Below the pieces are notes generated by a model. That model searched no databases. It had not been told where the DNA came from and saw only the letters and a program-made list of their open reading frames with translations. The position numbers were made by a program, and so were the translations under genes. A stretch of 64,000 nucleotides of DNA from an uncultured Ignavibacteriaceae bacterium (lineage in GTDB: Bacteria > Bacteroidota > Ignavibacteria > Ch128b): NCBI GenBank assembly GCA_964527925.1, contig CAZGQO010000006.1:88983-152982 (forward strand), read 5' to 3'. The number at the start of each line of letters is the position of its first letter. Within the stretch, counting starts at the first letter, position 1. Below, piece after piece: positions 30,568-40,760 of this stretch.

Positions 30568-31275
30568 TTAAAAGAATTCTTTTAAGTAGAATTCCAGTTC
30601 GTGGATAGTTCGTTCACCAAGAACAATCGTTACAAATTCAGCAAAATTGTTCAGGACAATTAATGAATTAATACTTGCATCGTTTTGTGCAAGGGCAACT
30701 ATTTTTCGTGAAACATGATAGTTCAACAAACGAACATCTTCATAAATTTGTTTGAGTTTATTCATCTCCCAATCAGGAGTTTCGCCTTTTGTTAATTTTA
30801 TGTATTGAGCCAGAAGATAAAATGAAAGTGCTCTAATTTCTGTTTCATCAACTGATGCAAAAGGCAGATGAAAATAAAGGAGCGGTTTTAGTTTTCCCAT
30901 CACAGGGCAGCCAGATGTGACCATTAAAATTCCAAGCAAACTGCTAACACCTTCTTGCAATGAAGTATTCTTCTGATAATTTCGAGATGGAGTTTTAACA
31001 AACACATCAACTTTTTCATAAGAAATTTTATCCCCAAACTCATCAAGAATAATTTGAACATTCAAAGCCAATGGACAGTATTCATATTCTTTTTCGTTAA
31101 GGGGACAGTGGGGACACTTAAAATATTCCATTCTTGCCCAGTCAGGTTTTGTAACAGTAGGCGGTTCAAGCACAGAAAGAGTTTTTTTATCAACTACAAT
31201 ATCAATAAGCTTTTCTATCCCATCACCAAAAACAAATTTATAGACAAATTTTATTTTATCCTTAGCCTTTTCCAT
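30568..31275 (-). CDS. Hypothetical cytoplasmic protein with Cys motifs CPHCP...CP...GCP.
   Basis: ORF only. No family recognised. Confidence 0.45.
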   Translation of the reverse strand: MEKAKDKIKFVYKFVFGDGIEKLIDIVVDKKTLSVLEPPTVTKPDWARMEYFKCPHCPLNEKEYEYCPLALNVQIILDEFGDKISYEKVDVFVKTPSRNYQKNTSLQEGVSSLLGILMVTSGCPVMGKLKPLLYFHLPFASVDETEIRALSFYLLAQYIKLTKGETPDWEMNKLKQIYEDVRLLNYHVSRKIVALAQNDASINSLIVLNNFAEFVTIVLGERTIHELEFYLKEFF

Positions 31276-31539
31276 CGTTGTGATAATTTTTCATACTTAA
31301 TTTAAGATTTTTTGATATCAGTTGAAATAACCAAACTTAAAATTTAACCGAATCTTCTTAATTATTAATTTCAATACACCACAAAACGATACTTAAATAA
31401 ATGTAAATCACCTATTTAACACAACAGATTAAATAAATTTTTAATTAAGAAAATGAGTTAAATTTGTAAAGAATGAACTTCAAAAAAATTAAAACAACAA
31501 ATAAAATTTCAACAGGGGAAAAACAAGCGAGAGGAAAAA

Positions 31540-32931
31540 ATGGAATACCGAATTGAAACCGACAGCATGGGCGAAATGAAAGTGCCAGTTGATAAATATT
31601 ATGGCGCTCAAACTGCCCGTTCTTTAATGAACTTCAAAATCGGTGGCGAAAAATTTCCACCAGAATTTATTAGAGCTCTGGCAATTGTTAAAAAAGCTGC
31701 TGCTTTAACAAATAAAGAACTCGGAGTTCTTGCACCAGAAAAAGCAGATTTGATTGTCAAAGCAGCTGAGGAAGTAATAGAAGGAAAATTAAATGATCAC
31801 TTCCCGCTCGTTATCTGGCAGACTGGCAGTGGTACTCAAACCAATATGAATGTAAACGAAGTAATTGCCAATCGAGCTATCGAAATGGCTGGCGGAGTAA
31901 TGGGAAGCAAAAAACCAATTCATCCCAATGATGATGTCAACAAAGCACAATCAACTAATGATGCTTTCCCAACTGCAATGCATATCTCTGCTGTTGAAGA
32001 GACTCACAGAAGATTAATTCCAATGATTAAAAAATTAAGAGATGCATTGCAGCAAAAATCAGAAGAATTTAAAGACATAATTAAAATTGGACGTACACAT
32101 TTAATGGATGCAACTCCGCTTACACTCGGACAGGAATTTTCTGGTTATGCTCAACAACTTACAAATGGACTTGAACGAATCGAAGCAGCTCTTCAACATC
32201 TTTATGAAATTCCATTGGGTGGAACTGCTGTCGGGACCGGATTGAATACTCATCCTAAATATGCCGAGAAAGTCGCCGAGAAAATTGTTGAAATAACTGG
32301 CAAACCATTTAAAACAGCACGAAACAAATTTGAAGCAATGGCTGGCAAAGATGCTCTTGTAGAGTTTCATGGAGTTTTGAAAACACTCGCTGCATCATTA
32401 ATTAAAATTGCAAACGATATTCGCTGGTTGGCTTCAGGTCCAAGATGCGGAATTGGTGAAATAAACATTCCAGAAAACGAACCGGGAAGCTCCATTATGC
32501 CAGGGAAAGTAAATCCAACACAATCCGAAGCAATGACCATGGTCTGTGCTCAGGTTTTTGGCAACGATGTGACTGTCAACTTTGCTGGTGCAAGTGGTAA
32601 TTTTGAATTGAATGTGTTCATGCCTGTAATAATTTTTAATGTCTTACAATCAATTCGATTACTTGCCGATGCATGCGAAAGCTTTACTGATAATTGTGTT
32701 GTTGGAATTACTCCAAATTATGAAAGAATTAAAATGCATCTTGATAACTCATTGATGCTTGTGACTGCTCTTAATCCTGTTATTGGTTATGATAATGCTG
32801 CAAAAGTTGCCAAGAAGGCTCACAAAGAAAATAAGACTTTGAAAGAAGCAGCTGTTGAACTTGGATTATTGACGCCTGAAAAATTTGATGAAGTGGTTAG
32901 ACCAGAAAAAATGATTCATCCAAATTTATAA
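31540..32931 (+). CDS. fumC: Class II fumarate hydratase.
   Basis: '[16 protein letters not shown]' signature loop. Confidence 0.9.
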   Translation: MEYRIETDSMGEMKVPVDKYYGAQTARSLMNFKIGGEKFPPEFIRALAIVKKAAALTNKELGVLAPEKADLIVKAAEEVIEGKLNDHFPLVIWQTGSGTQTNMNVNEVIANRAIEMAGGVMGSKKPIHPNDDVNKAQSTNDAFPTAMHISAVEETHRRLIPMIKKLRDALQQKSEEFKDIIKIGRTHLMDATPLTLGQEFSGYAQQLTNGLERIEAALQHLYEIPLGGTAVGTGLNTHPKYAEKVAEKIVEITGKPFKTARNKFEAMAGKDALVEFHGVLKTLAASLIKIANDIRWLASGPRCGIGEINIPENEPGSSIMPGKVNPTQSEAMTMVCAQVFGNDVTVNFAGASGNFELNVFMPVIIFNVLQSIRLLADACESFTDNCVVGITPNYERIKMHLDNSLMLVTALNPVIGYDNAAKVAKKAHKENKTLKEAAVELGLLTPEKFDEVVRPEKMIHPNL

Positions 32932-32952
32932 TCTGTTACATAAAATCAGTAA

Positions 32953-32985
32953 AAGGCTATCGATCTTCGATAGCCTTTTTATTTT
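32953..32985 (+). terminator. Rho-independent terminator after fumC.
   Basis: Stem aaggctatcga / tcgatagcctt followed by TTTATTTTT. Confidence 0.6.
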
Positions 32986-33067
32986 TAAAATGTACAACTC
33001 AGTTTGAAACTGACCTTTTAATTTTTAAGAAAGATTAAAAAAGCACTTAGTTCTAAAATCAGAAAAT

Positions 33068-33104
33068 TTAAAAAAATAAATCCGGCTACATGCCGGATTT
33101 TTTG
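33068..33104 (-). terminator. Hairpin terminator immediately 3' of tRNA-Lys.
   Basis: Stem tccggc / gccgga flanked by T-runs on both strands. Confidence 0.5.
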
Positions 33105-33177
33105 TGCACCCTGCGAGACTCGAACTCGCGACCCACTGATTAAGAGTCAGTTGCTCTACCAACTGAGCTAAGGGTGC
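33105..33177 (-). tRNA. tRNA-Lys (anticodon CUU). CCA is not encoded.
   Basis: Reverse complement: GCACCCTTAGCTCAGTTGGTAGAGCAACTGACTCTTAATCAGTGGGTCGCGAGTTCGAGTCTCGCAGGGTGCA. The cloverleaf has a 7-bp acceptor stem, GTTCGAGTC T-loop and CTCTTAA anticodon loop. Confidence 0.9.
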
Positions 33178-33857
33178 GATGCAATTTAAAAAAATGGATA
33201 GTTAAAAAAAATTTATCTTAATCAGCACTTCACTGCAGAATTTCCACACATTACTCGAGAAATTCAGCACTTTAAAGTTGAATTCATGCACTTTAAATGC
33301 CTTTTTATAGCATTTTAATACCTGATTTATAGGATTTGAGAAGAATAACCGCTTCCAAATTTCCATAACAAAAATTAAATCATGGCTTACCTTAAAAAAT
33401 TTTTTCTGTCAATTGGCAAAATCTGGGAAGTGTTTAGTATATATAATTAAAAGATGAATGAATTTTTTGCATTTAATCAAAAAGTTAAGAAATATAATGA
33501 AATACCAATGTTAAAATGATGAATGGGAAAAAGATAGAAATAAATTGTATTAGTTTTTGCTTATCAGCTTTTCAACAATAAAATGCAGCTTAATCAAAAC
33601 ATTTTTTGCTGATGATAATTAAATAGTTAGCGGATAACCATATTTTACTATTATGCGTTTCGCAATAGCTTTAAGTTTTGATCTTACACTTCACTTAAAA
33701 GTTAAATCTAGCTGAAAAATTTTTTCAACTTAATTCTTTGATATTTCATAAAAGAGAAATTAACCAGTAAATGTATTATTGATAATCAAAACAAATTTGT
33801 ATCTGCTATTTTCAAACTATATTTTCATTATACTTATTAATTTATCAACCAGGCATC

Positions 33858-34928
33858 TCACCTATACGATGCTTCATTAATATCTTTGATTGATTTAAAC
33901 GGTTTGGGCGGATTTAAATATTTTTCTAAGAACTTATAAATTTTCAATCTAATTTCTTTTGCAGTTTTTGTGTCCATTCTATCAAATGAGTGTCCACCGG
34001 GTAAGTTCTGAAAAATTTCGTACTCAAATTTTTTACCTTCAGCTTTCAACGCTCGAATTAAACTTTCAACTTCAAGAACATTAACATCTTCATCGTTCGT
34101 GTTGGTGTGAATTAAAAGAGGAGTTTTAAGTTTGTGAGCATTCCAGACTGGTGATCTTCTTTTGTATTCTTTTACATCTTCTTCTGCTGTTTTTCCAATA
34201 TGATAATCAGCTGAAAATAATTTGCGGTATTCATCATCTTTGTAACCCATTCGAGCAATTAAATCGCTTACGGGTACACCTGCAAAACATACTTTATAAT
34301 CATCAGGATGATCAAAAACCGCCATCAAAGCAATTAATCCACCGTGACTCCAGCCTACAATTCCAACTCTATCTTTATCAACAAATTCATAATTTTCAAT
34401 CATAAATTTTCTTGCCGCATCACAATCTTCTACTTCAAGTCCCCCGTAATCAATTGATTCGTAAAAAGATTTTCCATAACCAGTACTTCCACGATACTCT
34501 GGCGCAACAACTATGTATCCCTGAGCAATTAATTCCTTAACAATGTGAGTATGATATGTTGTGAAATTTGCATGTACTCCACCGTGAGGCAAAACTATTA
34601 ATGGATACTTTTTAGTGTAATCAATCTTTTTGGGAATAAAAAAATAGGACCAGAATTTAACTGGATTGCCTGCACCCTGAGCTGTTGGATTCTTCTCTTT
34701 CCATTTTGGTGGACCCGTCATGAATACTTTATCAACAAAAGCATAATCTTTTAATCTTTCAAACCATAAAACATCATCAATTCTTTTTTCAAGTATATCG
34801 AGCCTATGTTCTAAATATTCGTTAAGTCTCTTTAGTTGATTTATCTCATCCTGACTGCTTTTATCTTGCGAAAAGGAAATGCCAGCGAGAAGTGAGAAAA
34901 CCAAAATTAGTTGAAGAAATTTTTGCAT
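33858..34928 (-). CDS. S9 prolyl-oligopeptidase-family / alpha-beta hydrolase serine hydrolase, secreted.
   Basis: 'GWSHGG' nucleophile elbow. Signal peptide. Confidence 0.7.
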   Translation of the reverse strand: MQKFLQLILVFSLLAGISFSQDKSSQDEINQLKRLNEYLEHRLDILEKRIDDVLWFERLKDYAFVDKVFMTGPPKWKEKNPTAQGAGNPVKFWSYFFIPKKIDYTKKYPLIVLPHGGVHANFTTYHTHIVKELIAQGYIVVAPEYRGSTGYGKSFYESIDYGGLEVEDCDAARKFMIENYEFVDKDRVGIVGWSHGGLIALMAVFDHPDDYKVCFAGVPVSDLIARMGYKDDEYRKLFSADYHIGKTAEEDVKEYKRRSPVWNAHKLKTPLLIHTNTNDEDVNVLEVESLIRALKAEGKKFEYEIFQNLPGGHSFDRMDTKTAKEIRLKIYKFLEKYLNPPKPFKSIKDINEASYR

Positions 34929-34955
34929 TTTTGACCTCCGTTTTTTTAGGAGTTT

Positions 34956-35465
34956 TTACCATTTATTGTAATGAACTCTTTCCGGTTTAAATCTATTCTC
35001 TGGTGATTTAATTTCGTCGGGATATCCAACAGCAATCATTGAAATTGGAATAATATTCTCAGGTAAATTCAGTAGTTCTCTTAATGCTTTTATTCGTGGT
35101 TCACGAGGATAAATCCCCAGCCAGACAGCACCCAATCCAGAATCATGAGCAACTAACAACATATTTTGTGTTGCTGCTGAACAATCTTGCACGATGTATT
35201 CAACTGTTATTTCTAAATTTTTATCTCCACAGATTAAAATTCCAAGCGGCGCTTCTTTAAGCATGTATGCATAAGGATGAACGACAGAAATTTTATCGAG
35301 CAAATTTCGTTCAGTGACAACTACAAAATGCCAGGGTTGTTTATTTCTTGCAGAAGGTGCCTGCATTCCAGCACGAAGAAGTTTTTCAATTAACTCGCTG
35401 GAAATTGGTGTAGATTTGAATTTGCGGATGCTTCTTCTTGTGAGAATTGCCTCCCAGAGTTCCAT
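34956..35465 (-). CDS. Nitroreductase-family protein.
   Basis: 'AILTRRSIRKF...APSARNKQPWHFVVV' signature. Confidence 0.85.
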   Translation of the reverse strand: MELWEAILTRRSIRKFKSTPISSELIEKLLRAGMQAPSARNKQPWHFVVVTERNLLDKISVVHPYAYMLKEAPLGILICGDKNLEITVEYIVQDCSAATQNMLLVAHDSGLGAVWLGIYPREPRIKALRELLNLPENIIPISMIAVGYPDEIKSPENRFKPERVHYNKW

Positions 35466-35566
35466 TCATCCTCCAGTTTTTTACAAAATTAGAAACATTA
35501 TAACTACATGGCTTAAGTAAAAGATATTTAAAAATTCATTCACAAATGAAGAACTTAATGGAGCTT

Positions 35567-37300
35567 TCAAATTTTGAATCTTATTATTTCATCAGGTTGA
35601 TTTTCATATTCAATCACAATTATAAAATTTTTGATGCGTATAGATGGCAATGCAATTTCAATAAAGTTCAGTCCTGCGACTAAATTACCAGAATAAACTT
35701 CCTGTAATTTTTCACCCTTTTCATTCTGTAAAATGATTTTTGCGTAGGTGTTTTGATTTGTCTCAATCAATAGATGAGCCGTTTCTCTGTCAAATGTTAG
35801 AAAAGATTTTCTTTTTGCATAAGCATCTTTCAGGATGTTTTTTAGATTTGACAGTTCGACTTTGATAATGTCTGTTCCAGTTAAACTCTCATTATAATTT
35901 TTATCAAGAGAAGTTACCTGATAGAAATATTCTAATTTTGAAGGTCGTCGAATGAAATCATATAGATAATAATTTTTTGTGATTGTGAGTAGATGAGAAG
36001 CATTCTCAATTAAGATATTTCTATTTTCATTACGATAAACACTATAGAATTTTGCCGTATCTCCATCTCTGGCTTTTGGCGGAATTCCCCAAACCAATTC
36101 AACTAATCCAAGTTTTCCTAGCAGATTTTTTCCTGATAGACTAAAAGGTGGTTCTGGTGGAATAGAATCTTTCCATTTCATCGAAGGAATAATAGCTGGA
36201 TATTTATAAGCAGAAAATTTTTTGTCTTTGATATGTTCATATCTAAAAAAACTCTGACCAGCGGAATTTAGTTTTCTTGTAATCTCAATTTGATTTTCAA
36301 TTTCCAGTGAAACGGATGGATTATAAGCACCAATACCAATTATAACATGTCTATCAAAAGAATTTTTCATCCAATCTCTTACAAGTGATTCAAACTTAGG
36401 ATTTGTTTTTGTGTCCCAGTAAATTTGTGGAACAATGTAATCATGTTTTTTTCTTTTAAGCCATTCCCTTGCATCCTGAAAAACAGAATTTTTACCTTCT
36501 AATCCTCGTGCATCTGAAAGATTTTCATAAATACCAATTGGTGCTGAACCAATTTTTAAAATTGGTTTTATCGCAGTGAGAGTATCGTAAATTTCAGTAA
36601 CAAGTTGATTGATATTGTCTCTTCGGAAATCTACAAGGCTTCTACTCATTCCAAAAATTTGATAAGAAAGTGAGTCATTGAAATCTATTCCAGGATAACG
36701 AATATAATCGAGGTGAATTCCATCAACATCATAGTTTTCTACAATTTCAACACAGAGATTTTTGAGATAATCTCTAACATCAGGCAATCCTGGATCAAAC
36801 CAGTAAGAAACAGAATTTTGTTCATTATATTTTCTAACCCAATCTGACCTCATCAGTGCAATATGCGGCGGTTCAGTGAATTGTAATGGTGAATCACCAG
36901 ATTTAATGTTTATCATATTGAGCCATGCGTGGACTTCCAGGTTTCTTTTGTGTGCCTCTTCAATCAAAAACTGCAATGGATCATAATCGGGAGCTTGTCC
37001 GAGTTTGCCTGTAAGATATTGAGACCAGGGTTCGTACTTACTTTTATAAAATACTGTCCCCTGCGAACGAACCTGAAAATAAATTGTATTGAAGTTTTTT
37101 GATTTAAGATTATCGAGTATTTCGATGAGTGACTTTTTCTGAATTTCAGGATTATATGTTTTCGGCGGCCAGTCGAGCTGGTGATTTGTGGTTATCCAAA
37201 CTGCCCTGACTTCCCTTTTTGGTTGAGAAAATAAATTCCAACCAATAAGTAAAAAGAGAATGAAATAAAAAGAGAATTTTTTGAGATTGATTCTATTCAT
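35567..37300 (-). CDS. GHL10 (DUF187/YngK-like) secreted protein, a paralog of 28745-30559. No canonical T9SS tail was recognised.
   Basis: 'REVRAVWITTNHQLDWPPK' hallmark. Signal peptide. Confidence 0.65.
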   Translation of the reverse strand: MNRINLKKFSFYFILFLLIGWNLFSQPKREVRAVWITTNHQLDWPPKTYNPEIQKKSLIEILDNLKSKNFNTIYFQVRSQGTVFYKSKYEPWSQYLTGKLGQAPDYDPLQFLIEEAHKRNLEVHAWLNMINIKSGDSPLQFTEPPHIALMRSDWVRKYNEQNSVSYWFDPGLPDVRDYLKNLCVEIVENYDVDGIHLDYIRYPGIDFNDSLSYQIFGMSRSLVDFRRDNINQLVTEIYDTLTAIKPILKIGSAPIGIYENLSDARGLEGKNSVFQDAREWLKRKKHDYIVPQIYWDTKTNPKFESLVRDWMKNSFDRHVIIGIGAYNPSVSLEIENQIEITRKLNSAGQSFFRYEHIKDKKFSAYKYPAIIPSMKWKDSIPPEPPFSLSGKNLLGKLGLVELVWGIPPKARDGDTAKFYSVYRNENRNILIENASHLLTITKNYYLYDFIRRPSKLEYFYQVTSLDKNYNESLTGTDIIKVELSNLKNILKDAYAKRKSFLTFDRETAHLLIETNQNTYAKIILQNEKGEKLQEVYSGNLVAGLNFIEIALPSIRIKNFIIVIEYENQPDEIIRFKI

Positions 37301-37312
37301 TAAATCTTAGTT

Positions 37313-37633
37313 TTATTCATCTTCAACTACTACAGCGGTGCCATAGGCGAGAATTTCAGCAGCATTTTGCATGATAAACGATGTTCCGAATCTTACACTA
37401 ATTACAGCATTTGCACCTAACATTTCGGCTGATTGAACCATTCTATCAAGAGCTTGTTCACGAGATTCAGAAAGAAGTTTTGTGTATTCTTCAATTTCAC
37501 CGCCAACGACATTTTTCAAGGCAGCAATTATATCTTTGCCGAGATGTCTTGCCCGAACAGTATTTCCTTTGACAATTCCTAAAACTCTTACAATTTTTTT
37601 CCCGGGTATAAAGTCAGTCGTTGCAATAATCAT
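37313..37633 (-). CDS. YbjQ/UPF0145 (DUF74) family protein.
   Basis: 'IVRVLGIVKGNTVRARHLGKDI...GANAVISVRF' family signature. 106 aa. Confidence 0.8.
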   Translation of the reverse strand: MIIATTDFIPGKKIVRVLGIVKGNTVRARHLGKDIIAALKNVVGGEIEEYTKLLSESREQALDRMVQSAEMLGANAVISVRFGTSFIMQNAAEILAYGTAVVVEDE

Positions 37634-37932
37634 TATTCAACCTCCTTGTATCTTTCTTGACGATTTAATGTAATTTTTTCTCTAATCACAGAAAAGATTA
37701 AAACAACCAATCCAAAGAGAATTAAAAACAAACTAACTCTGATAACAAAATCAACCTGCATATCACTCAACAGAACTAAAAGAAACTTGTACAATGCATA
37801 AACGATGAGGATAATCAAGCCAGTAATTAACATAAACCATCCAACAGATCTCTCAATTCGATTGAGGAGTTTGCTCCAGTAAATTTCAGCATTTTCTGAT
37901 TGTTGTTTTTTTGATTCCATGATAACCTCCAT
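37633..37932 (-). CDS. Small two-TM membrane protein, translationally coupled to the YbjQ-like gene.
   Basis: Stop/start overlap with 37313-37633. Two hydrophobic helices. Confidence 0.5.
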   Translation of the reverse strand: MEVIMESKKQQSENAEIYWSKLLNRIERSVGWFMLITGLIILIVYALYKFLLVLLSDMQVDFVIRVSLFLILFGLVVLIFSVIREKITLNRQERYKEVE

Positions 37933-38190
37933 AAACTAAAGTGCATTCAATTTTTTATGAACTACAATTTAATTTACCAAAATATTTATAAAGAAAATTG
38001 AAAGGGTTTGAATTGGATAGGAATAAACTTTTAATTTTTATTCGAAAGAATCCAGGGTGATTTAATTATAAATAAAGTATTAAAAAACTTAAAATTAATC
38101 TCGATCTGAACAAAGATCACATCAATGAAAATAAAACTCTTATTTTAAAAAGGAGATGATACCCTGAAGCTGGATATCATATCCATAATT

Positions 38191-40059
38191 TTATAAAGAC
38201 TTGTTTAAGTTAATTGTAAAAGTAATATATCTGCCCAGATCATAAACTAAATTACCAGCACTAAAAGGACTTCGTGAAGATGATAAATATCTTGCGTATT
38301 TATGATTTAGTAAATTGTTTATCTGAAAATTAAATGTCACATCTTTAATTGTATAACCAACAATCACTCCCAGAGAATTCCAGGAAGGAGTTTTATATTC
38401 TTTAAGATCTTCGTTAACTCTTGTTTGAGTGTTTTCATGTCTGTGGTTAATTGAGATATTCAATCCATATATCTCAGGCAATCTTAAAACTGAATAGATC
38501 GAAAGTGGAGCAATTTCAGCTAAAGGTTTTTTGTTCTCCAGATTTTCTCCCCATAGAAAACTAAGATTTGATTCAAGCCAATGATATCTAAAAGTGAGAT
38601 TTGTTCCTGCAATCAATGCATTAATATTTTCATAAGTCATTACAGATTTCATTGGTTTTGTTTTACGAGTTACTTCAATATAATTGAGTATATAATTACC
38701 AAATAGTTCTACATCCAGTAAATCGGATTTCAATGAAGTACGAAGACTAAATTTATTTACGCTTTTTAATGCAGGATTTCCTGACCAATCTGGATTGTTC
38801 ATTGGTCTATTAACTGCAATGAAAAGTTGCTCTGCGTCAGGAGCTTCTGATGCAAATTCTGTTGTTGTCATAAAAATTAATTGTCTGGAAAGCTGGCTTG
38901 AGTAACTTAAAAGTAAACCTGCACTCAAATAGTATATATTGGTTCTTGTTTCTGGATAAATGGATTTATAAAAATCAATTCGAGAATGATCTTTAAATCT
39001 GAAATATTGTAACCCGCCTTTCACGTAAGCTTGAAAATTTCCAGTGGAAATATTTGTGGAAGCACTTACACCGATTTGATCAACATTCGGCATCAACTTA
39101 TTTGATATATAATGACCCATTTCAGGCATTGTTATGAAATTATCAGCATTCCAGTTCCTATAAATTATTTCATATGAGGATCCAGTTAATCCAACAGTTA
39201 GATTTTTTGAATTTGTTTCCATTTTCATTGTCGAATAAGTCGTTCGAAGTCCATTATTCATCAAATGGTCTGTATAATTGAAATAAATTTTGTTACCTCT
39301 GTAAGAGAAGAAACCGCCAAAGACCTTGCTTGATCTTTCATCCATTTGTAAGTATGGGAATGAAATATCTTTAGCTTGGGTAAAATTTAGTCCATATTCA
39401 AGATCTAAATTAGATTGTTTCTGCCTGAATGAACCATAGACGAAAGAATATCTGAAATTATCTTTGTATCCATAAAGATCTTTGAATGTTTTTGATTCGC
39501 CATTTTCATAAGGTCTACCTGAAGCATATCTAACGGATAATCCTTAATAAAAACCTTCAGCCATTAAGGAAGCATCGATATCATTTTGGGCGCCCACATT
39601 TCCACTAACTAGGGATTTTATGGTAATAGGTTTATCTAAATTAGTTCGATGAGATTCAACCTTACCATAAATTCCTGAATTTAAGGTCGAAGCAGATTTA
39701 GTTAAATCAACCGACGACATTTCAATCAAGTTTAATCTGGTTGATGGTGCATCCATTCGATTTGGGCAGGCATTATGATAACGTTCACCATCTACAACAA
39801 TTTTAATATTTCCTTTCTTGAAGCCTTCGACATACAAATCTTGAGTAAAATTTGATCCTCTTCTTACAAGATCAAATCCGTTTTTATCAAAGATTGAGCT
39901 GTTATAATCTGTACCGTAAAAGTGTTTTTCGATAAATGGAATTTCTTTCTTTGAAACTATTTCAATTGCTGGAAGAACGAATGTATTTAAATCTTGTTCG
40001 TTCTGAGAATAAATAGATTTTATAAAGATGAAAAATAGAATAATAAAATGCTTTCGCAT
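38191..40059 (-). pseudogene. TonB-dependent receptor (plug plus beta-barrel, about 620 codons) interrupted by an in-frame TAA at 39544-39546.
   Basis: The N-terminal part 39547-40059 has TBDR plug motifs ('LVRRGSNF', 'KIVVDGERY', 'LNLIEMSSVDL'). ORFs 39544-40059 and 38191-39345 are in the same frame. The frame is open between them except for the single TAA. Confidence 0.55.
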
Positions 40060-40125
40060 AGCTACTCCTTATTTTTTTGATTTAAAACTGTTAAAAATGA
40101 ATTTATTTAGTTAATGAGTTGAGAG

Positions 40126-40515
40126 TTAGAGTAGCTCATGAGGTGGGCATTCAGGATTTTTTTGATTAAATATTAATCTATAATCTTCTAAAGAGGAGTA
40201 TTTTGAACTTGATTCGAAGAAAAAATCATCAATAAATTTACCTTTACCAATATGATGCGAGAGGGTGAAAAAATTGAATTCAGGATATTGTTTTTCGCTT
40301 TTTTTGTTTTCTTCGTCGCTTTTATCGAGATTTTTTTTGAGATGACAGGATCCCTGACATTGATTATCCGGATTATCTTTTTGAACGCAAAGATTTTTTA
40401 CTATAAAATCATAATTAACCTTGTATTCAAAGTAAGCAATTAAAGGTGCATTAATTCCAAAAAAATAATTTATCAAAAGAAAAATTGTTAATAGTTTTTT
40501 GACGATAGAAAACAT
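40126..40515 (-). CDS. Small secreted Cys-containing protein upstream of the TonB-dependent receptor.
   Basis: Signal peptide. 'CVQKDNPDNQCQGSCH' and a C-terminal 'ECPPHE'. No family recognised. Confidence 0.45.
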   Translation of the reverse strand: MFSIVKKLLTIFLLINYFFGINAPLIAYFEYKVNYDFIVKNLCVQKDNPDNQCQGSCHLKKNLDKSDEENKKSEKQYPEFNFFTLSHHIGKGKFIDDFFFESSSKYSSLEDYRLIFNQKNPECPPHELL

Positions 40516-40760
40516 AGTCAGACATAATTATCTGATTCAAATTAAGAAAACAAGTTAAAAAACCTACTCTTGTTTGAATTAAACTCCTGGAGTAGCTGTT
40601 CTAAAATTATTTAGCAATGTTTAAGTGATAATTTCTACAAAACTTTCAGATGAAACTGATATAGATAAGTTATTTATTCCCTATAAACTTTAGCTTTTAA
40701 TGATTATATCTTCATGTGATTACAAATCTTAAATCAAAAAAATCTATTCCAAAGTTTACT

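Noticed and set aside
33180-33857. Hidden small RNA or ORF in the long spacer after tRNA-Lys
   Set aside because: Only short, poor-quality hairpins and no ORF over 40 codons. There is nothing to support a call without comparative data.
35567-35700. T9SS C-terminal domain on the second GHL10 paralog
   Set aside because: The C-terminus has a beta-rich pattern but lacks the (N/Q)YPNPFN core and the 'SGxYFY' block seen in the other tails, so it was not called.
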